Assembly (NCBI GenBank): GCA_963666275.2
Contig: CAXXOA010000002.1
Location: forward strand, 1,760,001-1,824,000
Direction of reading: 5' to 3'
Length of the DNA stretch: 64,000 bases
From: Oceanispirochaeta sp.
GTDB lineage: Bacteria; Spirochaetota; Spirochaetia; DSM-2461
Both the position numbers and the translations under genes were made by a program. The notes beneath the pieces were generated by a model, which made no database searches, had not been told where the DNA came from, and was given only the letters and a program-made list of their open reading frames with translations. How positions within the stretch are numbered: position 1 is the first letter of the stretch; every line of letters starts with the position of its first letter. Positions 1 to 9,444 of this stretch are shown piece by piece.

Positions 1-1
1 A

Positions 2-757
2 CAGGGGATCTTTGCCCGGGCGGGCAGGGGAACCCTCTTTCTGGATGAGATCGGTGATATCTCCCCGGCCCTTCAGCTGCGGCTGCTGAGAGTTCTTCAG
101 GAACAGACCTATGAACCCCTGGGTGGTACGGAAGCGGTTAAGACAGAAGCCCGGATCCTGACGGCTACGCACCGGGATCTGAAGGAAGAGATCCGGAAGG
201 GGACGTTCCGGGAGGATCTCTACTACCGGCTCAATGTCGTTTCGGTTGAGCTGCCCCCTCTGCGCTCCCGTCCCGAAGATATCCCCTATCTGACAGAACT
301 GTTCCTGGAAAGATTCAGTCTCCATCACAACAGGGATGTGGAGTCTCTGACACCCGAGGCTCTCCGGAGACTTCTGGAATACTCCTGGCCAGGCAATATC
401 CGGGAACTGGAAAATGTCATAGAGCGGGCCTGTCTTCTCTGCCCCGGGAAACAGGTCTCTCCGGACTGTCTTCCTCCCGAACTGACTCCTTCCGGGGAAG
501 AGGCTCTCCCTGAACATTCCCTGCTCCCATTGGACAATCCTCCGCAGATAGAGAAAACTACCGGTTCGGACAGTGAGGATTCTCCGGATGTCCCGGTGAG
601 CCTTAAAGGCTCTCTGGAAACCGCCGAAATCCTTAAGATCCGGCAGGCTCTGGTAAAATCAGGATACAATAAACTGGCTGCGGCCCGCCTGCTGGGAATC
701 CATAAAACCACCCTTTTCAGGAAAATGAAGAAATATCATATCGATCTTCAGGAGTAG
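2..757 (+). CDS. sigma54-dependent transcriptional activator (NtrC/Fis family), 5'-truncated by the window edge
   Basis: Frame open from base 2: [40 protein letters not shown], and a C-terminal Fis HTH (AAARLLGIHKTTLFRKMKKY). Confidence 0.93.
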   Translation, partial: QGIFARAGRGTLFLDEIGDISPALQLRLLRVLQEQTYEPLGGTEAVKTEARILTATHRDLKEEIRKGTFREDLYYRLNVVSVELPPLRSRPEDIPYLTELFLERFSLHHNRDVESLTPEALRRLLEYSWPGNIRELENVIERACLLCPGKQVSPDCLPPELTPSGEEALPEHSLLPLDNPPQIEKTTGSDSEDSPDVPVSLKGSLETAEILKIRQALVKSGYNKLAAARLLGIHKTTLFRKMKKYHIDLQE

Positions 758-828
758 CAGAACCGCTACTCCGGGTAGCAGGAATGCACTTGCTATTGGA
801 TCCCTGCAGTTGCGAATGTGCTACCCGG
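751..828. promoter_or_regulatory. Three imperfect GTWGCR-N4-YGCWMY palindromes, candidate enhancer sites for the upstream activator
   Basis: gtagcagaaccgctac 754-769, gtagcaggaatgcact 775-790, gttgcgaatgtgctac 809-824; ccgggtagca (771-780) and tgctacccgg (819-828) form an inverted repeat. Confidence 0.55.
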
Positions 829-875
829 AAGGCTCGGTTTCCTTCTCTGCGGGCCATGAAATGCATTTTGAGAGT

Positions 876-891
876 TGGCATGCTCTTTGTA
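876..891 (+). promoter_or_regulatory. Putative sigma54 -24/-12 promoter (variant -12)
   Basis: TGGCAT-GCTCT-TTGTA versus consensus TGGCAC-N5-TTGCW, 22 bp before the ATG at 914 and directly after a sigma54 activator gene. Confidence 0.6.
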
Positions 892-913
892 ATAGATAGT
901 ATTGGAGGCTGTT

Positions 914-1297
914 ATGAAAATTGCCCTGCCCGTATGGGAAAATCGGATGGCTCCGGTTTTTGACGCTGCAGATCAGTGGATTCTCTGCCAGGCTGAAGAT
1001 AAGTCCTGGAGGGTTGAAGCTGTAAAAGACTTCCATTCCTCCCTACCGGAACGGAAAGTTCAGGAACTGATAGATCAGGACCTGTCTCTGCTGATCTGCG
1101 GTGCCATACCCTACAGGCTGGAGCGGTTTCTCACAGAATCCGGATGCGGAGTCATCTCTTTTGTCACAGGAGAAACAGATGAGGTCCTTCAGGCCTGGAT
1201 GGAAAACCGTCTGGATGATCCGCGTTTCAGAATGCCGGGCTGCCGTGGAGACCGGGGCAGAGGTAAAGGCCGCAGACATCGCCGCGGCAGCAGATAA
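914..1297 (+). CDS. NifB/NifX family (MTH1175/Orange-protein-like) Fe-Mo cluster-binding protein
   Basis: MKIALPVWENRMAPVFD...LLICGAI motif, C-terminal PGC followed by an Arg/Gly-rich tail; GGAGG RBS before ATG 914. Confidence 0.8.
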   Translation: MKIALPVWENRMAPVFDAADQWILCQAEDKSWRVEAVKDFHSSLPERKVQELIDQDLSLLICGAIPYRLERFLTESGCGVISFVTGETDEVLQAWMENRLDDPRFRMPGCRGDRGRGKGRRHRRGSR

Positions 1298-1327
1298 ACG
1301 AGTCGAAGAGACACAAGGAGTATTTAT

Positions 1328-1756
1328 ATGCCGAATAGAAATGGAAGAGGCCCGGAAGGAAAGGGCCCTGAGACAGGAAGAGGAATGGGGAATTGCCGGA
1401 ATCAACCAGAATCAGACAATCCCTTTAGGGGTAAGAGCCGAGGAGCTGGAGTATACCCTGATATCCGTAAGGGACGCAGATCTGCTTCCCCCACAGATCT
1501 CGGTGATCCTGAAACCTATAGATCCGGAATGGGCCGTGGTGCCGGAATGGGCCGTGGTGCCGGAATGGGCCGTGGTGCCGGAATGGGCCGTGGTGCCGGT
1601 ATGGGCCGGGGTGCCGGAATGGGCCGGGGTGCCGGAATGGGCCGGGGTGCCGGAATGGGCCGGGGTGCCGGAATGGGCCGGGGTGCCGGAATGGGCCGGG
1701 GAGCCGGTATGGGCCGGGGAGCCGGCATGGGCCGGGGACAGCTGGGTAACCGGTAA
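1328..1756 (+). CDS. DUF5320-like Gly/Arg-rich protein with 12x GMGRGA repeat
   Basis: N-terminus MPNRNGRGPEGKGPETGRGMGNC resembles DUF5320; AGGAG RBS; context between a NifX-family gene and an MBL gene. Confidence 0.7.
   Translation: MPNRNGRGPEGKGPETGRGMGNCRNQPESDNPFRGKSRGAGVYPDIRKGRRSASPTDLGDPETYRSGMGRGAGMGRGAGMGRGAGMGRGAGMGRGAGMGRGAGMGRGAGMGRGAGMGRGAGMGRGAGMGRGAGMGRGQLGNR
1524..1739 (+). repeat. In-frame 18-bp tandem repeat, 12 units
   Basis: Unit ccggaatgggccg(t/g)ggtg read directly; 216 bp. Confidence 0.97.
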
Positions 1757-1867
1757 TCCTCTGGGATAGATTATAAGGGATGCAGATCTGAGTCCCCAAG
1801 GGTATCCATACCAGCGGGGACAGCTGCCTCTATTTTTAAAAAGAGATAATCATAATGGGAGAATTCT

Positions 1868-2707
1868 ATGTCTGATCAGCTAACCGTGCTTGTGGATAAC
1901 CACTCCTCTGAGCCCTTTCATAAGGAACACGGCTTTTCTGTTTTTATTGAATGGGGCGGAAAGAGGATCCTTTTTGATACAGCTCAGGGGGAAGCGCTTT
2001 TTCATAATGCGGATCTGATGAATATCCCCCTGAACAGTCTGGATGCCCTGATTCTGAGCCATGGCCATTACGATCACGGCGGAAATATCAGTGAGGTGCT
2101 GAAGGGTAATCCGCGTACTCCTGTCTACAGTCATCCCGGCGCTCTTATCGACCGCTATTCCCGCCACAGGGACGGAGAGATTGTGCCTGTCCACCTGGAG
2201 GGAAAAGACAGGGAAGCCCTGAAGGGACTACCCGGGGACAGGCTGATCCTATCCTCTTCTCCGGTTGAAGTCTTTCGGGGGCTGGGTTTTTCAGGATCCG
2301 TTCCGCGGCAGTTTTTAAATGAGGATACGGGGGGAGATTTTTATCTGGAACCGGAGTGTCTTCACCCTGATCCTCTGGAGGATGATATTTCCATATGGCT
2401 GGACCATGGTTCTGAAATCACAGTGATCTGCGGATGCTGTCATTCGGGACTCCGGAATACTCTCAGCCATATTGCCGCCCTTACAGGAAACAAGCCCGTT
2501 AGAAACCTGATCGGGGGATTTCATCTTCTCCATGCTTCAGAACCCAGGATGCATAGCACCGCTGAATTCCTGAGAGAATCCGGAGTCGGGGCTCTTTATC
2601 CCGCCCACTGTACGGGAGAGGAGGCGGCAGATTTTTTCAGTCGGGAACTGGACACGGCGGTAGTCCCCTCCTATGCGGGGATCCGGCTCTCTCTGTCAGA
2701 GAACTAG
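1868..2707 (+). CDS. MBL-fold metallo-hydrolase (COG1237-like)
   Basis: EHGFS, LFDT, SHGHYDH, GCCHSG, GGFHL and HCTG motifs. Confidence 0.88.
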   Translation: MSDQLTVLVDNHSSEPFHKEHGFSVFIEWGGKRILFDTAQGEALFHNADLMNIPLNSLDALILSHGHYDHGGNISEVLKGNPRTPVYSHPGALIDRYSRHRDGEIVPVHLEGKDREALKGLPGDRLILSSSPVEVFRGLGFSGSVPRQFLNEDTGGDFYLEPECLHPDPLEDDISIWLDHGSEITVICGCCHSGLRNTLSHIAALTGNKPVRNLIGGFHLLHASEPRMHSTAEFLRESGVGALYPAHCTGEEAADFFSRELDTAVVPSYAGIRLSLSEN

Positions 2708-4389
2708 GAGATCTGAAAGGGCAGGGGCCTGTTCTCTTTCAGGAGGGTGTCCATGGTTTTTCTGTTGACCGGTCTGGAAAAGTAATACCCCTGAAACAGG
2801 GTACATCCCTCTTCGACTAGGATATCCAGCTGCTCCCGGGTTTCCACTCCTTCCACAATGAGTGTCATCTCCAGATTCTCGGCCATGTGAATTATCAGCC
2901 TGAGAAATTTCCGGCATCCCGGATCAGATACTATCCGGTCTATGAATATTTTATCCAGTTTGAGGGTACTGGCAGGCAGGTCTTTCAGATAGCTGAGAGA
3001 GGAAAAGCCGGTTCCGAAGTCATCCAGGAAAATCTCAAACCCCTGATCATGAAGTTTCCGCATCTTTTCTACAGTCTGCTCCGGATCGATCATCTCCATG
3101 GATTCGGTGCATTCCAGACGGATTTTACCCGAATCCTTCAGCCCCTCCTGTTTCAGTGCTGACTGCAGGATCGGAAGGAGGTGCTCATCATTGAATTCCT
3201 GGGAGGAAAGATTGATTGAGATATAAACAGGATAGGCCTCCCATGCTTTCATATTCTTCACAGCCTGGAAAATAACCCATTTCCCTATGGATTTGATTAA
3301 ACCGTTTTTTTCCGCAATGGGTATAAATTCACATGGGGGAATCAGTCCGTGCTCGGGATGTTCCCATCTAATAAGCGTTTCAAGGCCTTTTATCACTCCC
3401 CGGGGATCGACGATGGGCTGAAAGTGCAGTTCAAACTCCTCTTTTTCAAAAGCCTGAATCATATCGCTTTCGAGTTTCAGCCTCTTCACAGCGTATTCAT
3501 GGACCTTTCTGTCGTACATGGCATAGGGCATGTCTTCCTCTATGGCATTTCTCAGAGCTTCTGCGGCCTTTTCAATCAGCTGATCCGGATGATCGCTGTC
3601 CTTCGGATACAGAGAAATCCCTATGTGGCAGTTCATGGAAACATTCAGATTTCCGTTCTTATAGGGGATTGTTACCATATCGTAAATTTTCTTGGCTACG
3701 GCTGCGGGGCCGTACTCCTGGGCGGGACTGGAGAGAAGCACCACAAGCTCATTTCCCTCGTATCTGAACACATAATCTCCGTCCCTCAAAAGCTCTTTGA
3801 TCCTGAGTCCCGTATTCTCCAGAAGGGTATTTCCCAGGGCATGGCCGTGTTTGAGCTGAATATCCTGGAAATTGGAAAGGGATATGAAAAGGAGGGAACG
3901 CATATTGTTCTCTTCCATCAGCCCGGCCTTCTGCAGCTCCATATCCAGGATCACTGCCAGAGATTTTCCATTGAAAAGGCCTGTCAGAGGGTCTCTGAAC
4001 TCATAATTGATAAGCTGAGCCTCAATATCACCGAGACGGGTTATATCATGGGAAAACACAAGGGCATGGCTGATATCCCCGTTATTCTCTCTGTAGGGAT
4101 AGTAGGATACATGCATGTATTTTGTAGAAGAGCCGAACTCGAAGCGGTCCACATACTGGACGTTTTCTCCTTTCAGACAGCGGTCTATGTATTTTTTAAT
4201 GGTAGACTCGAAAATATCCTTTCCCCAGACATCCTGCACATGGTGGTCTATTATGTCCTTTCTGGACTTTTCGATGTTCTCGATGTAGGCATCATTCACC
4301 AGTTCATAGATATAATTCCGGCTAATGAGAGTTATAAAATCGGATGATGTGTTCACTATATATTCGAATCTGTTCGTTAATTCCGCCAT
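2704..4389 (-). CDS. PAS-GGDEF(degenerate)-EAL protein, probable c-di-GMP phosphodiesterase
   Basis: N-terminal PAS; DPLTGLFN; GGDEF replaced by EGNEL; EAL domain with ETL, DDFGTGFSS, EGVET, QGY. Confidence 0.88.
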   Translation of the reverse strand: MAELTNRFEYIVNTSSDFITLISRNYIYELVNDAYIENIEKSRKDIIDHHVQDVWGKDIFESTIKKYIDRCLKGENVQYVDRFEFGSSTKYMHVSYYPYRENNGDISHALVFSHDITRLGDIEAQLINYEFRDPLTGLFNGKSLAVILDMELQKAGLMEENNMRSLLFISLSNFQDIQLKHGHALGNTLLENTGLRIKELLRDGDYVFRYEGNELVVLLSSPAQEYGPAAVAKKIYDMVTIPYKNGNLNVSMNCHIGISLYPKDSDHPDQLIEKAAEALRNAIEEDMPYAMYDRKVHEYAVKRLKLESDMIQAFEKEEFELHFQPIVDPRGVIKGLETLIRWEHPEHGLIPPCEFIPIAEKNGLIKSIGKWVIFQAVKNMKAWEAYPVYISINLSSQEFNDEHLLPILQSALKQEGLKDSGKIRLECTESMEMIDPEQTVEKMRKLHDQGFEIFLDDFGTGFSSLSYLKDLPASTLKLDKIFIDRIVSDPGCRKFLRLIIHMAENLEMTLIVEGVETREQLDILVEEGCTLFQGYYFSRPVNRKTMDTLLKENRPLPFQIS

Positions 4390-4447
4390 AGCTTCATTCT
4401 AATCTATTTTTCTCACAGACAATAAGAGGTTTTTTTCATTTTTTTTA

Positions 4448-4488
4448 TACACACGAGTGTAAAAGTGGAGGCTTTTCACCTATAGGTA
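4448..4488. promoter_or_regulatory. Pair of YAC-N6-GTA sites, candidate activator binding sites for nifH
   Basis: cac-acgagt-gta 4450-4461 and cac-ctatag-gta 4477-4488; a matching pair lies upstream of nifV. Confidence 0.6.
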
Positions 4489-4633
4489 CAAAAAAAATGG
4501 ATCCAAAAATGGACTCTGAATCCCTTGTTTATGATTTTGTCAAGAAAAAAATAAATATTTTAAATTTATATGCCAGATAGATATATGGTCCTCACATTCA
4601 GTTTTTTTAAATTATTTTTTGACTCTTTTCTGA

Positions 4634-5521
<888 letters not shown>

Positions 5522-5541
5522 CAAAAGGTAAGGAGACAAAC

Positions 5542-5865
5542 ATGGTATTGATTCGTTCAGTCGTAAGACCGGAAAAAGCACAGGAAGTAATGGATTCCCT
5601 GCTGGACGCGGGATTTCCCGCAGTGACTAAGGTCAGTGTAGCCGGTAGAGGACAGCAGAAGGGTCTGAAACTGGGAGACGTTGTTTATGATGAACTCCCC
5701 AAAGAGCTTCTTATCACTGTTGTTAAAAGCGAAGACAAGGATCTTGTACTGAAAACCATCATGGGTGTGGCAAAAACCGGAGAAGAAGGTTCTTTCGGAG
5801 ACGGAAAGATCTTTGTATCCCAGGTGGAAGAGACATACACAATCCGGACGGGAGAGATGGAATAA
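5542..5865 (+). CDS. nifI1: P-II family nitrogenase regulator NifI1
   Basis: P-II motifs RPEK, GRGQQKG, GDGKIFV; located between nifH and nifD. Confidence 0.92.
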   Translation: MVLIRSVVRPEKAQEVMDSLLDAGFPAVTKVSVAGRGQQKGLKLGDVVYDELPKELLITVVKSEDKDLVLKTIMGVAKTGEEGSFGDGKIFVSQVEETYTIRTGEME

Positions 5866-6242
5866 TGAAAGAGATCATGGCCATTGTCCGTATCAACCAG
5901 ATGAACAAGACCAAAGAGGCTCTGACGAAAGCCGGAATTACCTCTTTCACTGTAACCGGCCGTGTAATGGGCCGGGGAAAAGGTCTTGTGGATCATCAGG
6001 TTCTGAAAGCGGCTGATGAAGGGAATGAATACGCTGCGGCCCTGCTGGGGTCCGGTCCCAGGCTGATCTCCAAAAGGATGATCCTGGTGATTGTTCCCGA
6101 CAATATGGTGAAAACCACAGTCGAAACACTGATACAGACCAATCAGACAGGAAAAGCGGGAGACGGAAAAATCTTTGTTCTCCCCGCAGAGGAAACTTAC
6201 CGGGTAAGAACCGGCGAGAAGGGCGAAGCCGTTCTACAGTAA
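5865..6242 (+). CDS. nifI2: P-II family nitrogenase regulator NifI2
   Basis: MKEIMAIVR, GRGKG with an extended T-loop, GDGKIFV, RVRTGE; start overlaps the nifI1 stop. Confidence 0.92.
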   Translation: MKEIMAIVRINQMNKTKEALTKAGITSFTVTGRVMGRGKGLVDHQVLKAADEGNEYAAALLGSGPRLISKRMILVIVPDNMVKTTVETLIQTNQTGKAGDGKIFVLPAEETYRVRTGEKGEAVLQ

Positions 6243-6254
6243 GAAGGATATGAG

Positions 6255-7898
6255 ATGAAATCGTTACCGGAATTTGAAGAAATCAGAGATGAAATACTGG
6301 ATATCTATCCGGCTAAAGTAGCCCGGAAAAGAAAAAAATCCATGGTTTCAAACAATCCGGAAGAAATTCCGGAAATACAGGCTAATGTACGGACCGTTCC
6401 GGGCATTATCACCCAGAGAGGCTGCAGCTACGCCGGTTGTAAAGGTGTGGTTCTGGGACCGACCAGAGACATTATCAATCTGACCCATGGTCCCATCGGC
6501 TGCGGGTTCTACTCCTGGCTGACCAGACGGAACCAGACCAGGCCTGAAGATACACCCCAGTCTGATGAAAACTTTATGACCTACTGTTTTTCAACGGATA
6601 TGCAGGATCCCAACATCGTATTCGGTGGAGAGAAAAAGCTGAAACAGGCCATTCAGGAAGCCTATGATCTGTTCCACCCCAAAGCCATGGGTATTTTCTC
6701 CACCTGTCCCGTGGGGCTGATCGGAGACGACGTGCATGCGGTTGCCAAAGAGATGACCGAGAAACTGGGAGACTGCAATATCTTCGGTTTCAGCTGTGAA
6801 GGTTACAAAGGGGTCAGCCAGTCGGCGGGTCACCATATCGCCAACAACCAGCTGTTCAAACATGTTATCGGAAAGCAGGATGACGGCAAAGAGGGCAAGT
6901 TCAAGATCAACATGCTCGGTGAATACAATATCGGCGGGGATGCTTTCGTTCTGGAAGAGCTGCTGGAAAAATGCGGAATAACTCTGCAGTCCACATTCAG
7001 CGGAAACTCCACATACGATCAGTTTGCCTCCAGCCATACGGCGGATCTGAACTGTATCATGTGTCACCGTTCCATCAACTATGTAGCGGAAATGATGGAA
7101 GAGAAATACGGTATTCCCTGGATCAAGGTCAACTTCATCGGTGCGGAAAGCTCGGCCAAGTCCCTCAGGAAAATTGCCGATTACTTCGACAATCAGGAAC
7201 TGAAGGACAAAGTGGAAGAGGTGATCGCCGAAGAGATGAAAAAAGTGGATGCGGCCAAAGCGGAAGCCCTTCCCAGAACAGACGGCAAATCAGCCATGCT
7301 GTTCGTGGGCGGTTCCAGAGCCCATCACTATCAGGACCTGTTTACCGAACTGGGCATGAAAACTCTGGCCGCCGGTTATGAGTTCGCCCACCGGGATGAC
7401 TATGAAGGCCGCCGGGTAATTCCCAGCATCAAGATCGATGCGGACAGCCGGAACATTGAAGAGCTGACAGTCGAGAAGGATCCTGAAAAATATCAGGCAA
7501 GAATCACTCCCGAAAAGAGGGAGGAGCTGACCGAAGCGGGCGTCCCTTTTGAAGAGTACGAGGGAATGATGGCTCAGATGGAAGAAGGTACCATAGTCAT
7601 TGATGATATCAGCCATTATGAAATGGAAGTGCTGATCAAAAAATACAAACCTTCCGTATTCTGTGCAGGTATCAAAGAGAAATATGCGGTTCAGAAGATG
7701 GGCGTTCCCCTGAAACAGCTGCATAGTTATGACTACGGCGGACCCTATGCGGGATTCGAAGGAGCTATCAATTTCTATAAGGATATTTCTGTCATGGTAA
7801 GCAGCAAAGTCTGGGATTTGATCGGAGCTCCCTGGGAAAAAAGCAATTCCCTGAATCCTGTGTATGTAAAATCCCAGGCTGTTGCGGCTGAAAAGTGA
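6255..7898 (+). CDS. nifD: Nitrogenase MoFe protein alpha chain (group II/clostridial type)
   Basis: P-cluster Cys in RGCSYAGC, GPIGC, STCP; FeMoco ligands MCHRS and LHSYDY; group II insertion around DSRNIEEL. Confidence 0.98.
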   Translation: MKSLPEFEEIRDEILDIYPAKVARKRKKSMVSNNPEEIPEIQANVRTVPGIITQRGCSYAGCKGVVLGPTRDIINLTHGPIGCGFYSWLTRRNQTRPEDTPQSDENFMTYCFSTDMQDPNIVFGGEKKLKQAIQEAYDLFHPKAMGIFSTCPVGLIGDDVHAVAKEMTEKLGDCNIFGFSCEGYKGVSQSAGHHIANNQLFKHVIGKQDDGKEGKFKINMLGEYNIGGDAFVLEELLEKCGITLQSTFSGNSTYDQFASSHTADLNCIMCHRSINYVAEMMEEKYGIPWIKVNFIGAESSAKSLRKIADYFDNQELKDKVEEVIAEEMKKVDAAKAEALPRTDGKSAMLFVGGSRAHHYQDLFTELGMKTLAAGYEFAHRDDYEGRRVIPSIKIDADSRNIEELTVEKDPEKYQARITPEKREELTEAGVPFEEYEGMMAQMEEGTIVIDDISHYEMEVLIKKYKPSVFCAGIKEKYAVQKMGVPLKQLHSYDYGGPYAGFEGAINFYKDISVMVSSKVWDLIGAPWEKSNSLNPVYVKSQAVAAEK

Positions 7899-7911
7899 GA
7901 AGGAGAGAATC

Positions 7912-9300
7912 ATGTTACTGAAACATACTACGGCCGATGTGGCCGACAGAAAGGCGTTAACCGTCAATCCGGCTAAGACCTGTCAGCCGGTAGGTGCCAT
8001 GTATGCCTCTCTTGGTATTCACGGTTGTCTGCCCCATAGCCATGGATCACAGGGATGCTGTGCCTATCACCGTTCCGCTCTGACAAGGCATTATAAAGAG
8101 CCTGTTATGGCCGGTACCAGTTCCTTTACAGAAGGTTCCTCCGTATTCGGCGGTCAGAGCAACCTGGTTCAGGCTTTCAATAACCTGTTTACCATTTACA
8201 ATCCCGATATTGTGGCGGTTCATTCCACCTGTCTCTCAGAGACTATCGGAGACGACCTGAAACAGATCACTCAGAAAGCGATCGACGACGGAAAGATTCC
8301 CGAAGGGAAACGGGTCATCTATGCTCCCACTCCCAGCTATATCGGGTCCCATGTCACCGGATTTTCCAATATGGTGGCGGCTATGGCCAATCAGCTTTCG
8401 GAAAAACCCGAAGGAGCGGCCGACCTCGATCAGATCAATCTGATTCCGGGATGGGTGGAACCCTCTGATATGAGAGAGATCAAAAGACTGATGAGAGTTA
8501 TGAAAGTGCCTTTCGTCATGTTCCCCGATACCTCTGATGTTATGGATGCGCCCATGACAGGGAAGCATGAGTTCTATCCCAAAGGCGGAGTGACCATCAA
8601 CGAGATGAAATCCACCGGGCAGAGCAAGGCAACCCTGGCTCTGGGAGCCTGGGGATCCGAAGCGGGAGCGGTAGAATTGTGGAAAAAACACAGAGTTCCC
8701 TATGATGTTCTGGATCTCCCCATCGGGATCAGGGCGACTGACAGATTCCTTGCCAAGCTGAGTGAAGTCACTGGTCATCCGGTTCCTGATTCCATCACGG
8801 CCGAACGGGGCAGACTCGTGGATATGATCACCGACTACCAGCAGTATCTGTATGGTAAAAGAGTCGCTATCTGGGGAGACCCTGATCAGCTTCTGGCCCT
8901 GAGTGAGTTCCTTGCGGATATGGATATGAAACCTGTTTATATCGTCAGCGGAACTCCCGGAAAGGCTTTTATGAAAAAGATGGAGTCCATCCTGGGAGAT
9001 GTGGTTCCTGAAGCGAAGTTCAAAAACGGTGAAAGAGCCGACATGTTCCTGATGCACCAGTGGATCAAGGAAGAGGGGGTAGATCTTCTGATGGGGAATT
9101 CCTATGGAAAATATATTTCCCGTGATGACGATATTCCCTTTGTCCGGATGGGCTTTCCCATCTACGACAGACCGGGCCACTCCTATTTCCCCACTGTGGG
9201 TTATGCCGGAGCCATGAGAATCCTGGAAAAAATCCTGACGGTCTTTATGGACAGAGAGGACAGGGACTCACCGGAAGAGAAGTTCGAACTGGTTATGTAA
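7912..9300 (+). CDS. nifK: Nitrogenase MoFe protein beta chain
   Basis: NPAKTCQP, HGSQGCC, TCLSETIGDD, GFPIYDR; ATG 7912 follows AGGAG. Confidence 0.97.
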   Translation: MLLKHTTADVADRKALTVNPAKTCQPVGAMYASLGIHGCLPHSHGSQGCCAYHRSALTRHYKEPVMAGTSSFTEGSSVFGGQSNLVQAFNNLFTIYNPDIVAVHSTCLSETIGDDLKQITQKAIDDGKIPEGKRVIYAPTPSYIGSHVTGFSNMVAAMANQLSEKPEGAADLDQINLIPGWVEPSDMREIKRLMRVMKVPFVMFPDTSDVMDAPMTGKHEFYPKGGVTINEMKSTGQSKATLALGAWGSEAGAVELWKKHRVPYDVLDLPIGIRATDRFLAKLSEVTGHPVPDSITAERGRLVDMITDYQQYLYGKRVAIWGDPDQLLALSEFLADMDMKPVYIVSGTPGKAFMKKMESILGDVVPEAKFKNGERADMFLMHQWIKEEGVDLLMGNSYGKYISRDDDIPFVRMGFPIYDRPGHSYFPTVGYAGAMRILEKILTVFMDREDRDSPEEKFELVM

Positions 9301-9337
9301 GACCGGAAGGGAGTTTCTCCACAGGGGCAAACTCCCA

Positions 9338-9393
9338 TCCAACCCTCACCCCCGACCCCTCTCCCATGAGGCGAGGGGCTGGGGGAGAGGGTA
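9338..9393. repeat. BoxC/REP-like palindromic element between nifK and nifE
   Basis: tccaaccctcacccccgacccctctcccatgaggcgagggg is near-identical to 42754-42794; preceded by a gggagttt...aaactccc hairpin at 9309-9336. Confidence 0.8.
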
Positions 9394-9444
9394 AAAGTAA
9401 ATGTCCGCGGGGAAACTGACGGATATGCGCAAGGAGCAATAGGT

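Noticed and set aside
914..1297. True nifX
   Set aside because: It lies outside the nif operon with DUF5320/MBL neighbours and its own activator, which fits the MTH1175/ORP subfamily better
1524..1739. CRISPR array or alternative-frame proteins (PEWAVV, PAPRPI, RHPGPF repeats)
   Set aside because: No spacers; the frame starting at 1328 has an RBS and a recognisable N-terminus, and the others are shadows of the repeat
4538..4553. Canonical NifA site TGT-N10-ACA
   Set aside because: Only a mismatched TGT-N10-ATA in AT-rich DNA, with no counterpart upstream of nifV
6255..9300. V- or Fe-only nitrogenase
   Set aside because: No vnfG/anfG between D and K, nifEN present, and the group II NifD insertion and LHSYDY motif are present
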